Counted from the first letter of the stretch, positions 28,572-37,981 are shown. The stretch: 64,000 nucleotides of DNA from Candidatus Poribacteria bacterium (GCA_965214095.1 OZ243938.1:3840001-3904000); one strand, 5' to 3'. Notes: generated by a model not told the origin, from the sequence alone. Program-made: numbers and translations.

Positions 28572-29885
28572 TCAAGAATCCTCAGACATAACACAACGAA
28601 ACCCTATGCTATAGCACGTATATCTTGGTGTATTCCGAGAACGGTAAGCAACCCGTACATTCTGAGGTGTACTCACACAGGATCCTCCTCGCAATATCCG
28701 AGAAGACTTGATTTCCGTATAATTATTCACAGTACCATTTATACTTTCTCCTGAAATTGGGTTGTTCTCTGGTGAACGCGCGTAGAAATTTCTATCCCAT
28801 TTATCAAGACACCATTCATATACATTTCCCACTACATCATACAAGCCGTAGCCATTTGCAGGATATTGACCTACAGCTGTTGTCTTACCAATCCAAGCAT
28901 CATAGTTCACATAAGTGGTATCTATTGTGTCTCCCCACGGATATTTTTCTCCAGTGAGTCCTCCGCGTGCAGCCTTTTCCCATTCCGCCTCTGTTGGGAG
29001 TCTCTTACCTACCCAACGCGCATAAGCCATCGCAGCATACCAACTCACCCAAGTGACCGGATGGTCTTCCTCTCCTCTCGGAAAAATCCCAAAATTCCAA
29101 TTCTTCAAGTACTCACCATCGTGATATTTCCGTGGAATGCTTTCTATACCGCTTTTTCCCATTTCATACCATTTTGCTGGTTTGCACCATTCTGGATTAG
29201 CATCAACAAATTCCTTATATTGTGCGTTCGTCACAGGATATTTGTCAATATAGTAACCATCTAAATAGACAGAATGTACAGGTTTCTCATCGCTATATGC
29301 AATTATCTCTTCACTTCCCATTTGAAAACTACCAGATTGGATAAGTAGCATCCCTTCCTTTTCTGTCGGTGTCGGTATAGAGAGTTCTTCATGTTCAGAA
29401 GGAACAGTAAGCGTCTGTTCAGGAACTTCTTCTGTTTGATCTGATACAAATTCTATTGGTGATGTCTCATTACCTTGTAGAGAAGCAATATATAACTGTC
29501 GCTTTTCTGTATCTATGAGAACGTCACGCGCTTGATTTAAGAGTGTACGCCATTGTCCTTCTGTTCTACCATCAGCACGGGGACGACCACCCGCCTGCAA
29601 AGAAGCACTATACAATCTTTTATGTCCAGCCTCAACAAGATTCTGGATTTCTGCTTCATCTATGCTTCGGAACGCATCAGTAGAAAATCCTAATACATCA
29701 AAAAAACTTATATCTTCACCAACAACCAAACCGAGAGACACAAATATCTCTGTAGCCTCATCAACAGATAGACCATAGTTTTGCACTGCTTGGCGTATGA
29801 GACCCTTACGTTGATCGTTAGATATAGTTGGAGAAGCATCTCTCAGCGCACTAATTATTGTAATGAAGTCATCACGGTTTGCCAT
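28572..29885 (-). CDS. J-domain-like (HPD-less) protein fused to an FGE-sulfatase/SUMF1 domain, paralogue 4
   Basis: N-terminal FFDVLG...GGRPRADG...WRTLLNQARDVLID; C-terminal FQMGS, RLPTEAEWEKAARGG, GNVYEW, RGGS, GFRCV. Confidence 0.85.
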   Translation of the reverse strand: MANRDDFITIISALRDASPTISNDQRKGLIRQAVQNYGLSVDEATEIFVSLGLVVGEDISFFDVLGFSTDAFRSIDEAEIQNLVEAGHKRLYSASLQAGGRPRADGRTEGQWRTLLNQARDVLIDTEKRQLYIASLQGNETSPIEFVSDQTEEVPEQTLTVPSEHEELSIPTPTEKEGMLLIQSGSFQMGSEEIIAYSDEKPVHSVYLDGYYIDKYPVTNAQYKEFVDANPEWCKPAKWYEMGKSGIESIPRKYHDGEYLKNWNFGIFPRGEEDHPVTWVSWYAAMAYARWVGKRLPTEAEWEKAARGGLTGEKYPWGDTIDTTYVNYDAWIGKTTAVGQYPANGYGLYDVVGNVYEWCLDKWDRNFYARSPENNPISGESINGTVNNYTEIKSSRILRGGSCVSTPQNVRVAYRSRNTPRYTCYSIGFRCVMSEDS

Positions 29886-29897
29886 ACAATTATACCG

Positions 29898-31301
29898 TTA
29901 GAAATGATGCATAGGATTATCAGGTGCATCACGATCACGATTCAGGTCCCATAAACGTACATTCTTGTCCGTACTACCACTTGCAAGAATTTGTCCGTCA
30001 GGCGAATATGCAAGGGATTTTATTGTGGACTTATGTCCAGTGAGTGTAGAAAAAAATACATTTCTGGTAGTGTTCCAAAGACGTATCAAACCATAATAAC
30101 TACCACATGCAAGTGTTGAACCATTGGGTGAAAAAGATAAAGAATTAAACCAAGAGAGGTGTCCTGCCATAAAGTTCTGTCGTCCACCAGTTGCAGCATC
30201 CCACATAAAAATATTACCATTTAGGGTTGTGCTTGCAATAGTATTGCCATCAGGTGAATAAACCACTAAATGTACACTATTTTTGTGACCACTCAATGTG
30301 AATTTTTTGTAAAACATAACTACATCCCAAACACGAACAGTCCTATCATAACTACCACTTGCAATTGTCCTACCATCAGGTGAAAAGACGAGAGAACTTA
30401 CCCAATTGCTGTGGTCTTTGAGAATATATATTAGTTCACCTGTATTGGCTTCCCACAAGCGTACCGTTCTATCGTGACTACCACTCGCGAGTGTCTTGCC
30501 ATCAGGTGAATAGACGATTGAACTTACTGCCCCGTAATGGCCAGTGAGAGTATTTTTGAGTTCACCTGTGTCAGAATCCCATAAACGAACTGTCTTATCA
30601 TGGCTACCACTTGCAATTGTCTTACCATCGGGAGAATAAATGACCGAAGTTACTTCGTCTTGATGTCCAATAAATGTCCATTTCAGTGTTCCACTGAGTA
30701 CATTCCAGACCTTTGCTGTGCTATCTGAACTACCACTGACGAGTGTAGCACTATCCGGGGAAAATACAACAGAATTGACGGATCCTTTATGTTCTGAGAA
30801 AACTGTATCTTCTATTTTAATTTGCGGTTTTGTAATTGCATTTCTTGAAGATATAGGAACACTTTCAGGTGTATCATCGGTATTCTGGATATTTAGTTCC
30901 TCGGTGTATTCTTGCCGCCGTTGTGGGTTTGTAAGTATATCTCTTGCTTGATTTAAGACCGTACGCCATTCTGCTTCTGACTTTCCATCAGCACGAGGAC
31001 GACCACCTGCTTGCAGCGATTCAGCATATAATTTTTTATGTGCTGCTTCTACACGAGAGATAATATCAACTTTCGATAGGTTATCAATCGCAGACATTGA
31101 TAAACCCAACACCTCAAAATAGTTGATCTCCTCTCCTATTATTAATCCTGATGCATCTAAAATCTCAACCGCCTCATCAACCGAAACGTTGTACTGTTGA
31201 ACCGCCCGACGGAGTAAACCTTTACGTTGTTCATCCGATATTGTCGGAGAAATCAATTTCAACTCATTTATGAACGTAATATACTCGTCGCGTTTTGACA
31301 T
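29898..31301 (-). CDS. J-domain-like (HPD-less) protein fused to a WD40 propeller, paralogue 3
   Basis: Same N-terminal module; seven GH...SPDG..ASGS.D.TVRLWD-type repeats. Confidence 0.88.
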   Translation of the reverse strand: MSKRDEYITFINELKLISPTISDEQRKGLLRRAVQQYNVSVDEAVEILDASGLIIGEEINYFEVLGLSMSAIDNLSKVDIISRVEAAHKKLYAESLQAGGRPRADGKSEAEWRTVLNQARDILTNPQRRQEYTEELNIQNTDDTPESVPISSRNAITKPQIKIEDTVFSEHKGSVNSVVFSPDSATLVSGSSDSTAKVWNVLSGTLKWTFIGHQDEVTSVIYSPDGKTIASGSHDKTVRLWDSDTGELKNTLTGHYGAVSSIVYSPDGKTLASGSHDRTVRLWEANTGELIYILKDHSNWVSSLVFSPDGRTIASGSYDRTVRVWDVVMFYKKFTLSGHKNSVHLVVYSPDGNTIASTTLNGNIFMWDAATGGRQNFMAGHLSWFNSLSFSPNGSTLACGSYYGLIRLWNTTRNVFFSTLTGHKSTIKSLAYSPDGQILASGSTDKNVRLWDLNRDRDAPDNPMHHF

Positions 31302-31488
31302 GTTAATTCTCTTTATATTAATACTGGAAAATTGTTATGGAAGCACTCTTGTAAGACGGCTTTGTAAGCACGATATAACAGAGAACACGTTTGAATTAAC
31401 GCAATTCATTGCGTCTCATTTTACATTTGGAAGCACTATTTTATTTTTTGCTTAGAAAACTTGACAATTGAAAGCCACATGTATAGTT

Positions 31489-32778
31489 TTAGGATTGACT
31501 CGGCATAACACAACGAAACCCGACATAACTCTTCGTTCTCCATGGAGCTAAAGTGCGACGAATTGAAACTCGTACATCTTGTTCTTCAGAATTCCATGAA
31601 CCACCTCTGATCACTCGATATTTCTTAGATGTCAAATAGGCATCCAAAATCTCTTCTATACTGCCACCTGAAACAGGATTGTCTTTTTCCGATAACTTGT
31701 AGAATTTGCTATTCCATTCATCAAGACACCATTCACTTACGTTGCCTATAATATCAAACACACCGTATCCGTTTGCAGGATAGTTACCTACGGGTGTCGT
31801 TTCTCCAACCCGATTATCATAGTTTGCGTATTCTCTAGAAATTGCATTGCCCCAAGGAAACTTGTATTCAACTAATCCCCCACGTGCTGCCTTCTCCCAT
31901 TCTGCTTCAGTCGGTAGGCGTTTACCAACCCATTTTGCATACGCCATCGCAGCATGCCAACTTACCCAATTCACTGGATGGTTCTCTTTCCCACTGGGAT
32001 ACTTCCCTTTAAACCAGTCCTTCAAATAATCACTATCCCGATACTTTCTTAAAATAAATTGAAAGTTATACATCCCAAGATTATTCCATTGTGGATTAGC
32101 ATCTACAAATTCCCTATACTGTTCATTTGTCACAGGATATTTATCTATGTAGAATCCATCAACATATACTGCATGTGCAGGTTTTTCGTTTGCATGTGAA
32201 TCATATTCGTCACTCCCCATTTGGAATTCGCCAGCCGGTATAAAGACCATCCCATCATTTTCTAAAGGTACAGAACTAACATCACTTTTGGGTGTATTGG
32301 TAGCAGACTCTTCATGTGCTAATTCTTCTGCATCTAAAACTATTTCCTGTGTTGGTGATACACTGTTTTCAAGCCTGTTGATATACGCATTACGTTTTTC
32401 AACATCCATTAGAATATCACGCGCTTGATTCAGAAGTGTTCTCCACTGCTCTTCACTTTGACCATCAGCACGAGGACGACCACCTGCTTTCAACGATTCA
32501 GCATATAATTTTTTATGTGCTGCTTCTACACGAGAGATAATATCAACTTCCGATCGGTCATCAAACTCAGAGATTGTTAAACCCAACACCTCAAAATAAT
32601 CAACTTGTTCACCGATAACCAACCCAGATTCGTTCAGTATATCAACCGCCTCATTAACTGAAACGTTATACTGTTGAACCGCTCTACGGAGAAGTTCTTT
32701 TCGTTGTCCATCAGAAATTGTAGGAAAAATTGATCTTATCTCATTTATGAATGAAATATACTCATCTCGTTTAGACAT
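31489..32778 (-). CDS. J-domain-like (HPD-less) protein fused to an FGE-sulfatase domain, paralogue 2
   Basis: DYFEVLG...GGRPRADG...LLNQARDILMDVEKRNAY; FGE-domain motifs. Confidence 0.85.
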   Translation of the reverse strand: MSKRDEYISFINEIRSIFPTISDGQRKELLRRAVQQYNVSVNEAVDILNESGLVIGEQVDYFEVLGLTISEFDDRSEVDIISRVEAAHKKLYAESLKAGGRPRADGQSEEQWRTLLNQARDILMDVEKRNAYINRLENSVSPTQEIVLDAEELAHEESATNTPKSDVSSVPLENDGMVFIPAGEFQMGSDEYDSHANEKPAHAVYVDGFYIDKYPVTNEQYREFVDANPQWNNLGMYNFQFILRKYRDSDYLKDWFKGKYPSGKENHPVNWVSWHAAMAYAKWVGKRLPTEAEWEKAARGGLVEYKFPWGNAISREYANYDNRVGETTPVGNYPANGYGVFDIIGNVSEWCLDEWNSKFYKLSEKDNPVSGGSIEEILDAYLTSKKYRVIRGGSWNSEEQDVRVSIRRTLAPWRTKSYVGFRCVMPSQS

Positions 32779-32790
32779 TTTATGCTCATT

Positions 32791-34053
32791 TTAGGAATTG
32801 GTAGTATTTGATTGGATTCCAGCAGGGTGTCTCTCTGCACCGTGTCCAGATAGCACAGACCAAACACAACGAAATCCTATTACATTCAGCGAAAAGGAAG
32901 GTGACTCTGCATTACGATTCGCAATTCTTACTAAAGATGCAGGTATCCGCCAAGAACCACCACGCAGGACGCGGTTTGTTTCAACATCTAAAAAATGGTT
33001 CTCAACCCACTCAATCGAATTCGCACCAACGATCGGGTTGCGAGGCGATGACCCCATAGCGAAACCATCATGATACGCATCAAGACACCATTCCCATACA
33101 TTCCCACACATATCATATAAATCATACCTATTCGGAGGATATTGCCTAACAGGAGTAGTTTCACCGATGTTCCAGTCATAATTTGCCATTGATGGATCTG
33201 CATCATCACCCCACGTGTACTTATTCCCACTGACACCACCGCGTGCTGCTTTTTCCCATTCTGCCTCTGTAGGAAGTCGTTTGCCAATCCATTGAGCATA
33301 AGCCATCGCGGCATACCAACTCACATTGACAACTGGGTGTTCGGCTTGAGAATCACGAAAACTGTTCGCTTTCCAATGCTTTAGATAGTCAACATCACTA
33401 TATTCATGAGGAATGTTATGCCGGTTCCATTCTGGGTTTTCATCCACAAATGCCTTATACTGTGAGTTTGTCACAGGATATTTATCAATATAAAACGCAT
33501 CCAGATAAACGGAGTGGATAGGATGTTCATCACCATAAGCTTCGTCATCAGCACTGCCCATTTGGAATTCACCTGCAGGAATCAGTGCCATGTTGTCAAG
33601 TTTCGGAGTCCTCAACGTCTTCTCAATACTTACCGTCTCTTGTTGTATGCTTGACAGATGTCCCAATCTTCTTTTAGGGTCTATTAAAGAATCACGGGCT
33701 TGATTCAAGAGTGTCCGCCACTGCTCCTCTGTCTTGCCATCAGCACGGGGACGACCACCTGCTTTCAACGATTCAGCATATAACGTCCTATGTGCTGCTT
33801 CAACACGATGAACAATCTCTACTTCGCTGAGGTTTTCAAGTTCTGAGATTGACAAACCCAATACCTGAAAATAATCAACCTGCTCACCGACCTGTATTCC
33901 TGATGAATTGAGGATGTCTATGGCTTCATCAACAGTGAGTCCATATTCCTGAACACCTAACCGAACAAAACCTTTACGTTGTTCATCTGTTATTGTCGGT
34001 GAAGCTGTTCTGAGCGCGCTGATAAACGTAATATATTCTTCGCGCTTGGACAT
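32791..34053 (-). CDS. J-domain-like (HPD-less) protein fused to an FGE-sulfatase domain, paralogue 1
   Basis: DYFQVLG...GGRPRADG...LLNQARDSLIDPKRR; FGE-domain motifs. Confidence 0.85.
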   Translation of the reverse strand: MSKREEYITFISALRTASPTITDEQRKGFVRLGVQEYGLTVDEAIDILNSSGIQVGEQVDYFQVLGLSISELENLSEVEIVHRVEAAHRTLYAESLKAGGRPRADGKTEEQWRTLLNQARDSLIDPKRRLGHLSSIQQETVSIEKTLRTPKLDNMALIPAGEFQMGSADDEAYGDEHPIHSVYLDAFYIDKYPVTNSQYKAFVDENPEWNRHNIPHEYSDVDYLKHWKANSFRDSQAEHPVVNVSWYAAMAYAQWIGKRLPTEAEWEKAARGGVSGNKYTWGDDADPSMANYDWNIGETTPVRQYPPNRYDLYDMCGNVWEWCLDAYHDGFAMGSSPRNPIVGANSIEWVENHFLDVETNRVLRGGSWRIPASLVRIANRNAESPSFSLNVIGFRCVWSVLSGHGAERHPAGIQSNTTNS

Positions 34054-34100
34054 AAATTCATTTCCTATGCAAAAATACTTCGGACGAAGTTAGGAGATAC

Positions 34101-34125
34101 TATACCATTTCTGAAAAATGGTATA
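34101..34125. promoter_or_regulatory. 10-bp inverted repeat between hsp70 and the J-like genes
   Basis: tataccattt-ctgaa-aaatggtata. Confidence 0.4.
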
Positions 34126-34154
34126 TCAGACACAAATACATTGTTGGCAAAACA

Positions 34155-35750
34155 CTATTCAACAACAAGATCCTGAAGTTCTGTTTTAGCCTGTGCAACC
34201 TCATCTTCATTGAGCGTAGGTCGTTCAATAATAGAGAAAAGATCGTAAACAGCAGTCGCCTCATCATTTGAGAGAGATTTAGCGGTCACCTCAAGATTCT
34301 GGTCTAAGTTGTATTTATAGTTCACCTCAATCGGTGCCCCTTGTGGCAAACCGAGGGGTAGTTCCAGTGTACATTCACCCAATTTGTATTCATCAAACAG
34401 ATCAATATCATCCTTACGTTGGTCCTGCTCAAGTCCTTGCACCACTTCAATTAACACGGATGGTTGATTGTGGTCCACCGTCAAGAACTTATCCGCTACT
34501 TCACACGGAATTGCTGTCATTTTCGGTATCATCACATGAATAACATACTCACGCAGTGCATTAAGAACAATAAGACCAAGATTATGTGTTGCACCATCAG
34601 TAACCGTTACTTTCGGAACACCATCAGGACCGATGAAACGGTCTATAACTGCCTCGGGCATATCTACCGTCTCTGTATCTCCCTCCGTAATCTGACGGAG
34701 AGTCCCCTGAATCGCTGCACCGAGAGCCACGACTTCATCAGGATTGACTTCATGCGGATTGATCTCTTTCCCACTAAGTGTAGCTATCATCTCTTGTATC
34801 ATCGGCATCCGTGTTGAACCACCTACCAATAGGATTTTATCAATATCTTCCCACGACATATCTGCTTCAGAAAGGACAACATTGCACAGCACACGACATT
34901 TTTCAAGCAAGTCCGAGGTGAGTTGTTCAAACTTCTCACGTGTCAACTCAACACGTGTTGTTTTGCCATTGTAACCACATACGATCAATGCTCTCTGTCT
35001 TAACGACAAAGATTCTTTCGCAGTAATCGCATCCAATTGAAGGTCTTGATATGAGTGAAGGTCAACTAATGGATTCTCACCGTGTTCTATCTCAAACATC
35101 TCTGCGACATGCATGATGATTTTATCGTCCCAATCTTTTCCACCCAAACGATGGTCACCATTTGTCGCAAGCATCTGTATCTCCGACTCAGATACACTCA
35201 TGATCGTCACATCAAACGTGCCACCGCCAAGGTCAAACACAAATACATTCTGATTGCTTCCCAATTGGTCCATCCCATAAGCAAGTGCAGCAGCAGTCGG
35301 TTCATTGAGTACCTGCAAGACATTCAATCCTGCAATTCTACCAGCGTTTCGTGTTGCTTCGCGTTCAGCATCGTGAAAATAAGCGGGGACAGTAACAACA
35401 GCATCCGTTATCTCTTCACCCAGATAAGTTTCCGCATCCTGCTTGAGTTTCGTGAGAATAACCGCAGAGAGTTCTTCGGGGGAATAGTCCTTCTCATCAA
35501 ACGTGCGAAAGAATTCCGACTTGGATTTACCCATCTCGCGCTTAATAAATTCAACAATCTGTTCTGGTACTGCCCGTGCATTTTGCTTCGCTATCTTCCC
35601 AACCGTTACAAGATTGTCTTCAAACATTACAACCGAAGGTGTAATACGTTCACTCTCTAAGTTCGGTATTATCTCCGCTTGTCCATGTTCATTCACATGT
35701 GCAATCACTGAAAATGTCGTCCCAAGGTCAATTCCAACGACTTTACCCAT
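34155..35750 (-). CDS. Specialised Hsp70 (DnaK paralogue lacking most of the helical lid)
   Basis: GIDLGTTFS, TVPAYF, NEPTAAALAYG, VFDLGGGTFDV, LLVGGSTRMP, NPDEVVALGAA; about 530 aa; ATG overlaps the grpE-like stop. Confidence 0.92.
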   Translation of the reverse strand: MGKVVGIDLGTTFSVIAHVNEHGQAEIIPNLESERITPSVVMFEDNLVTVGKIAKQNARAVPEQIVEFIKREMGKSKSEFFRTFDEKDYSPEELSAVILTKLKQDAETYLGEEITDAVVTVPAYFHDAEREATRNAGRIAGLNVLQVLNEPTAAALAYGMDQLGSNQNVFVFDLGGGTFDVTIMSVSESEIQMLATNGDHRLGGKDWDDKIIMHVAEMFEIEHGENPLVDLHSYQDLQLDAITAKESLSLRQRALIVCGYNGKTTRVELTREKFEQLTSDLLEKCRVLCNVVLSEADMSWEDIDKILLVGGSTRMPMIQEMIATLSGKEINPHEVNPDEVVALGAAIQGTLRQITEGDTETVDMPEAVIDRFIGPDGVPKVTVTDGATHNLGLIVLNALREYVIHVMIPKMTAIPCEVADKFLTVDHNQPSVLIEVVQGLEQDQRKDDIDLFDEYKLGECTLELPLGLPQGAPIEVNYKYNLDQNLEVTAKSLSNDEATAVYDLFSIIERPTLNEDEVAQAKTELQDLVVE

Positions 35751-36444
35751 TCGTATTGTCCCCTTTCTCACCAGAAGTAGATTTACTTACAATTTCTTCA
35801 CTGTTTTCTGTTGAATCGGAATAACGATAAATTGTCACCTCTTCCGGACGAAATACCTTGTCACGCCAATTGAACCCTATTTTATGTACTTCAGCAATTG
35901 TCTTGTCCTGCTTAGGATCATCTGTTGATATTGTTTGGCGAGTCTTATGCAGTTGCCGATCAAGCGTCCTTGTGGACTCCGCATAAGGTGTTACATCCAA
36001 ACGGTACAATACCTCTTCCAATTTATATCGGAAATTCTCAAGATTGTTCCGATATTGTGTTAAACCATCAGAGATAACTCCATCTTCCGCCTCAAGTATG
36101 ACATCAAGTTGAGATTCAAGCAACAGATAACTGTCGTAAAGTTGAATCAGATTGTGGATAATCGGTTTGTGAAGTACTTCCAGAAGGAAACTCTCTTTAT
36201 AGTCCTTCATCTCCGCATAAATCTTGTCAAACATCTCTGTCTGATTCTGATTGCGAGCAATCTGCTTCTCAAATAATTCTTGTAACGCAGCCAAACTTTG
36301 TTGGATTACTGATAACTCACTATGAGACGACATTTCAGGATTGTCTTCTGATGGAAAGGTATCCACTGCTACATCAAATTCCATTTCAGCCTCATCACTG
36401 TTCTCTTCTAAATGTGCATCATTTTCATTTTTTTTCTTATCCAT
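35743..36444 (-). CDS. grpE: GrpE-like nucleotide exchange factor
   Basis: Acidic N-terminus, long helix, C-terminal LDRQLHK...IAEVHKIGFNWRDKVFRPEEVTIY GrpE head; coupled to hsp70. Confidence 0.8.
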   Translation of the reverse strand: MDKKKNENDAHLEENSDEAEMEFDVAVDTFPSEDNPEMSSHSELSVIQQSLAALQELFEKQIARNQNQTEMFDKIYAEMKDYKESFLLEVLHKPIIHNLIQLYDSYLLLESQLDVILEAEDGVISDGLTQYRNNLENFRYKLEEVLYRLDVTPYAESTRTLDRQLHKTRQTISTDDPKQDKTIAEVHKIGFNWRDKVFRPEEVTIYRYSDSTENSEEIVSKSTSGEKGDNTNG

Positions 36445-36535
36445 ATTTTTCGCATACCTCCCCAATTATAGAGACACCTGAGACCCAAAAGGATAGCAAT
36501 AAATACCAGTGGACTGACAAAGATATTAATTATTT

Positions 36536-37828
36536 TTACCCCTTCTGCCACGGCACACTTCCCGCTCTCTGAGTCTCCTCCTGAAACAGATTTCTCATCT
36601 CATTATACATTTTTTTATCCGATTGAGAAATATCTGTTGTCTCTAAAGGATCGTTGGATAGGTCATAAAGTTCCAACGGTTCAAATGGACGGTTATGCAG
36701 CAACTTTATATCACCTCGACGAACTGCATGCTGACACTGACCACTAAACTGTTGTCCACCTTCCCTACGTATCCAATATAAGAGACGATCAGACAAATCC
36801 TGTTTTTCTCCCTGAAATGTTCCCCAAATCGAATGACCATCAATTTCATGTTGAACAGGCACATCTGCAACTTCACATAGTGTCGGTAACAAATCACTCA
36901 ACATAGCAACCTGATCCGACACATGTCCTTCCGGCATATTTTCTTGCCACATAGCACAAGTCGGTACGCGTATTCCCCCTTCATACATCTCACCTTTCTG
37001 ACCACGCAACGGACCGTTGTGTGCACCAACATTCATCTGTCCTCCATTATCCGACGAATAGATGACAAGTGTGTTTGACAACTGATTAGTCTCCTCAAGT
37101 GTGTCAAGCACTCGTCCGATACCGGCATCCATGTGTTCAACAAGGGCAACATACTTCGCACGTTGATCAGAAATATCTGGTTCACGTTTCTTCACGCGTT
37201 CTATCCAATCGTCTGGGGGTTGAATTGGTGTGTGCGGTGCATTGTACGCGAGATATAAGAAAAATGGATGGGAAGTATGTGCATGCGTTCGAATAAAATC
37301 AACACTCCAATCAGAAAACAGATCTGTCGCATGCCCTCTCGGATCAATAGTACCATAATCGTCCCGCATATAGTTGTTGTTATGCCGAAGGTGTGTATAA
37401 TAGTCATCCATCATATCACCAAGGAAACCATGAAAATGGTCAAACCCGCGTTTACAAGGATGGTTCTCATCTTCAAGACCCAAATGCCACTTCCCGATAA
37501 GTGCCGTACGATAGTCTTTCTGCTTCAACATTGAAGGTAACGTAATCGCATCCTGACGAAAGTAACCCCAATTGTTCTGTGCATGTGTGCGAACCACTCC
37601 CGGAACACCAACCCTATCGGGATAACGTCCTGTCATCAGCGAAGCACGACTCGGAGAACACACTGAACAATTCGCATAAAAATTCGTAAAACGCACACCT
37701 TCATTCGCAATTCTGTCTATATTCGGTGTTTGTATTGATGGTCCATCATGTGCAGAAATATCACCATAACCGTGATCATCTGCAAGAATCAGTAATATGT
37801 TCGGTTGTTTTGCCATAGTATTCTCCAA
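36536..37828 (-). CDS. Sulfatase (arylsulfatase/GalNAc-6-sulfatase-like)
   Basis: PNILLILADDHGYGD, CSPSRASLMTG, GKWHLG. Confidence 0.9.
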   Translation of the reverse strand: MENTMAKQPNILLILADDHGYGDISAHDGPSIQTPNIDRIANEGVRFTNFYANCSVCSPSRASLMTGRYPDRVGVPGVVRTHAQNNWGYFRQDAITLPSMLKQKDYRTALIGKWHLGLEDENHPCKRGFDHFHGFLGDMMDDYYTHLRHNNNYMRDDYGTIDPRGHATDLFSDWSVDFIRTHAHTSHPFFLYLAYNAPHTPIQPPDDWIERVKKREPDISDQRAKYVALVEHMDAGIGRVLDTLEETNQLSNTLVIYSSDNGGQMNVGAHNGPLRGQKGEMYEGGIRVPTCAMWQENMPEGHVSDQVAMLSDLLPTLCEVADVPVQHEIDGHSIWGTFQGEKQDLSDRLLYWIRREGGQQFSGQCQHAVRRGDIKLLHNRPFEPLELYDLSNDPLETTDISQSDKKMYNEMRNLFQEETQRAGSVPWQKG

Positions 37829-37877
37829 ATATGTGATTTTTGTTCTGATTAGATTTAAAAATACGCTTTACAATAAC

Positions 37878-37981
37878 TATGGTAAATTATTGAATTAATT
37901 CTACACATTGCTGAGGCGAGGTTAGGAAACCTCGCCTACCGTTGATAGAAAGTGTAGATATAATTTTATGCTTCACCATAA
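37878..37981. repeat. MITE-like/REP composite repeat, variant type
   Basis: Ends TATGGTAAA...TTCACCATA; internal hairpin aggcgaggttaggaaacctcgcctac. Confidence 0.7.

Noticed and set aside
28572-34053. Complete diversity-generating retroelement
   Set aside because: FGE-fold genes are present but there is no reverse transcriptase, accessory gene or template repeat in the window
28572-34053. True formylglycine-generating enzymes
   Set aside because: The catalytic Cys pair after RGGS is missing
34155-36444. Housekeeping grpE-dnaK-dnaJ heat-shock operon
   Set aside because: The Hsp70 is short with an altered linker and R167Q; no HPD/zinc-finger DnaJ, hrcA or CIRCE is present
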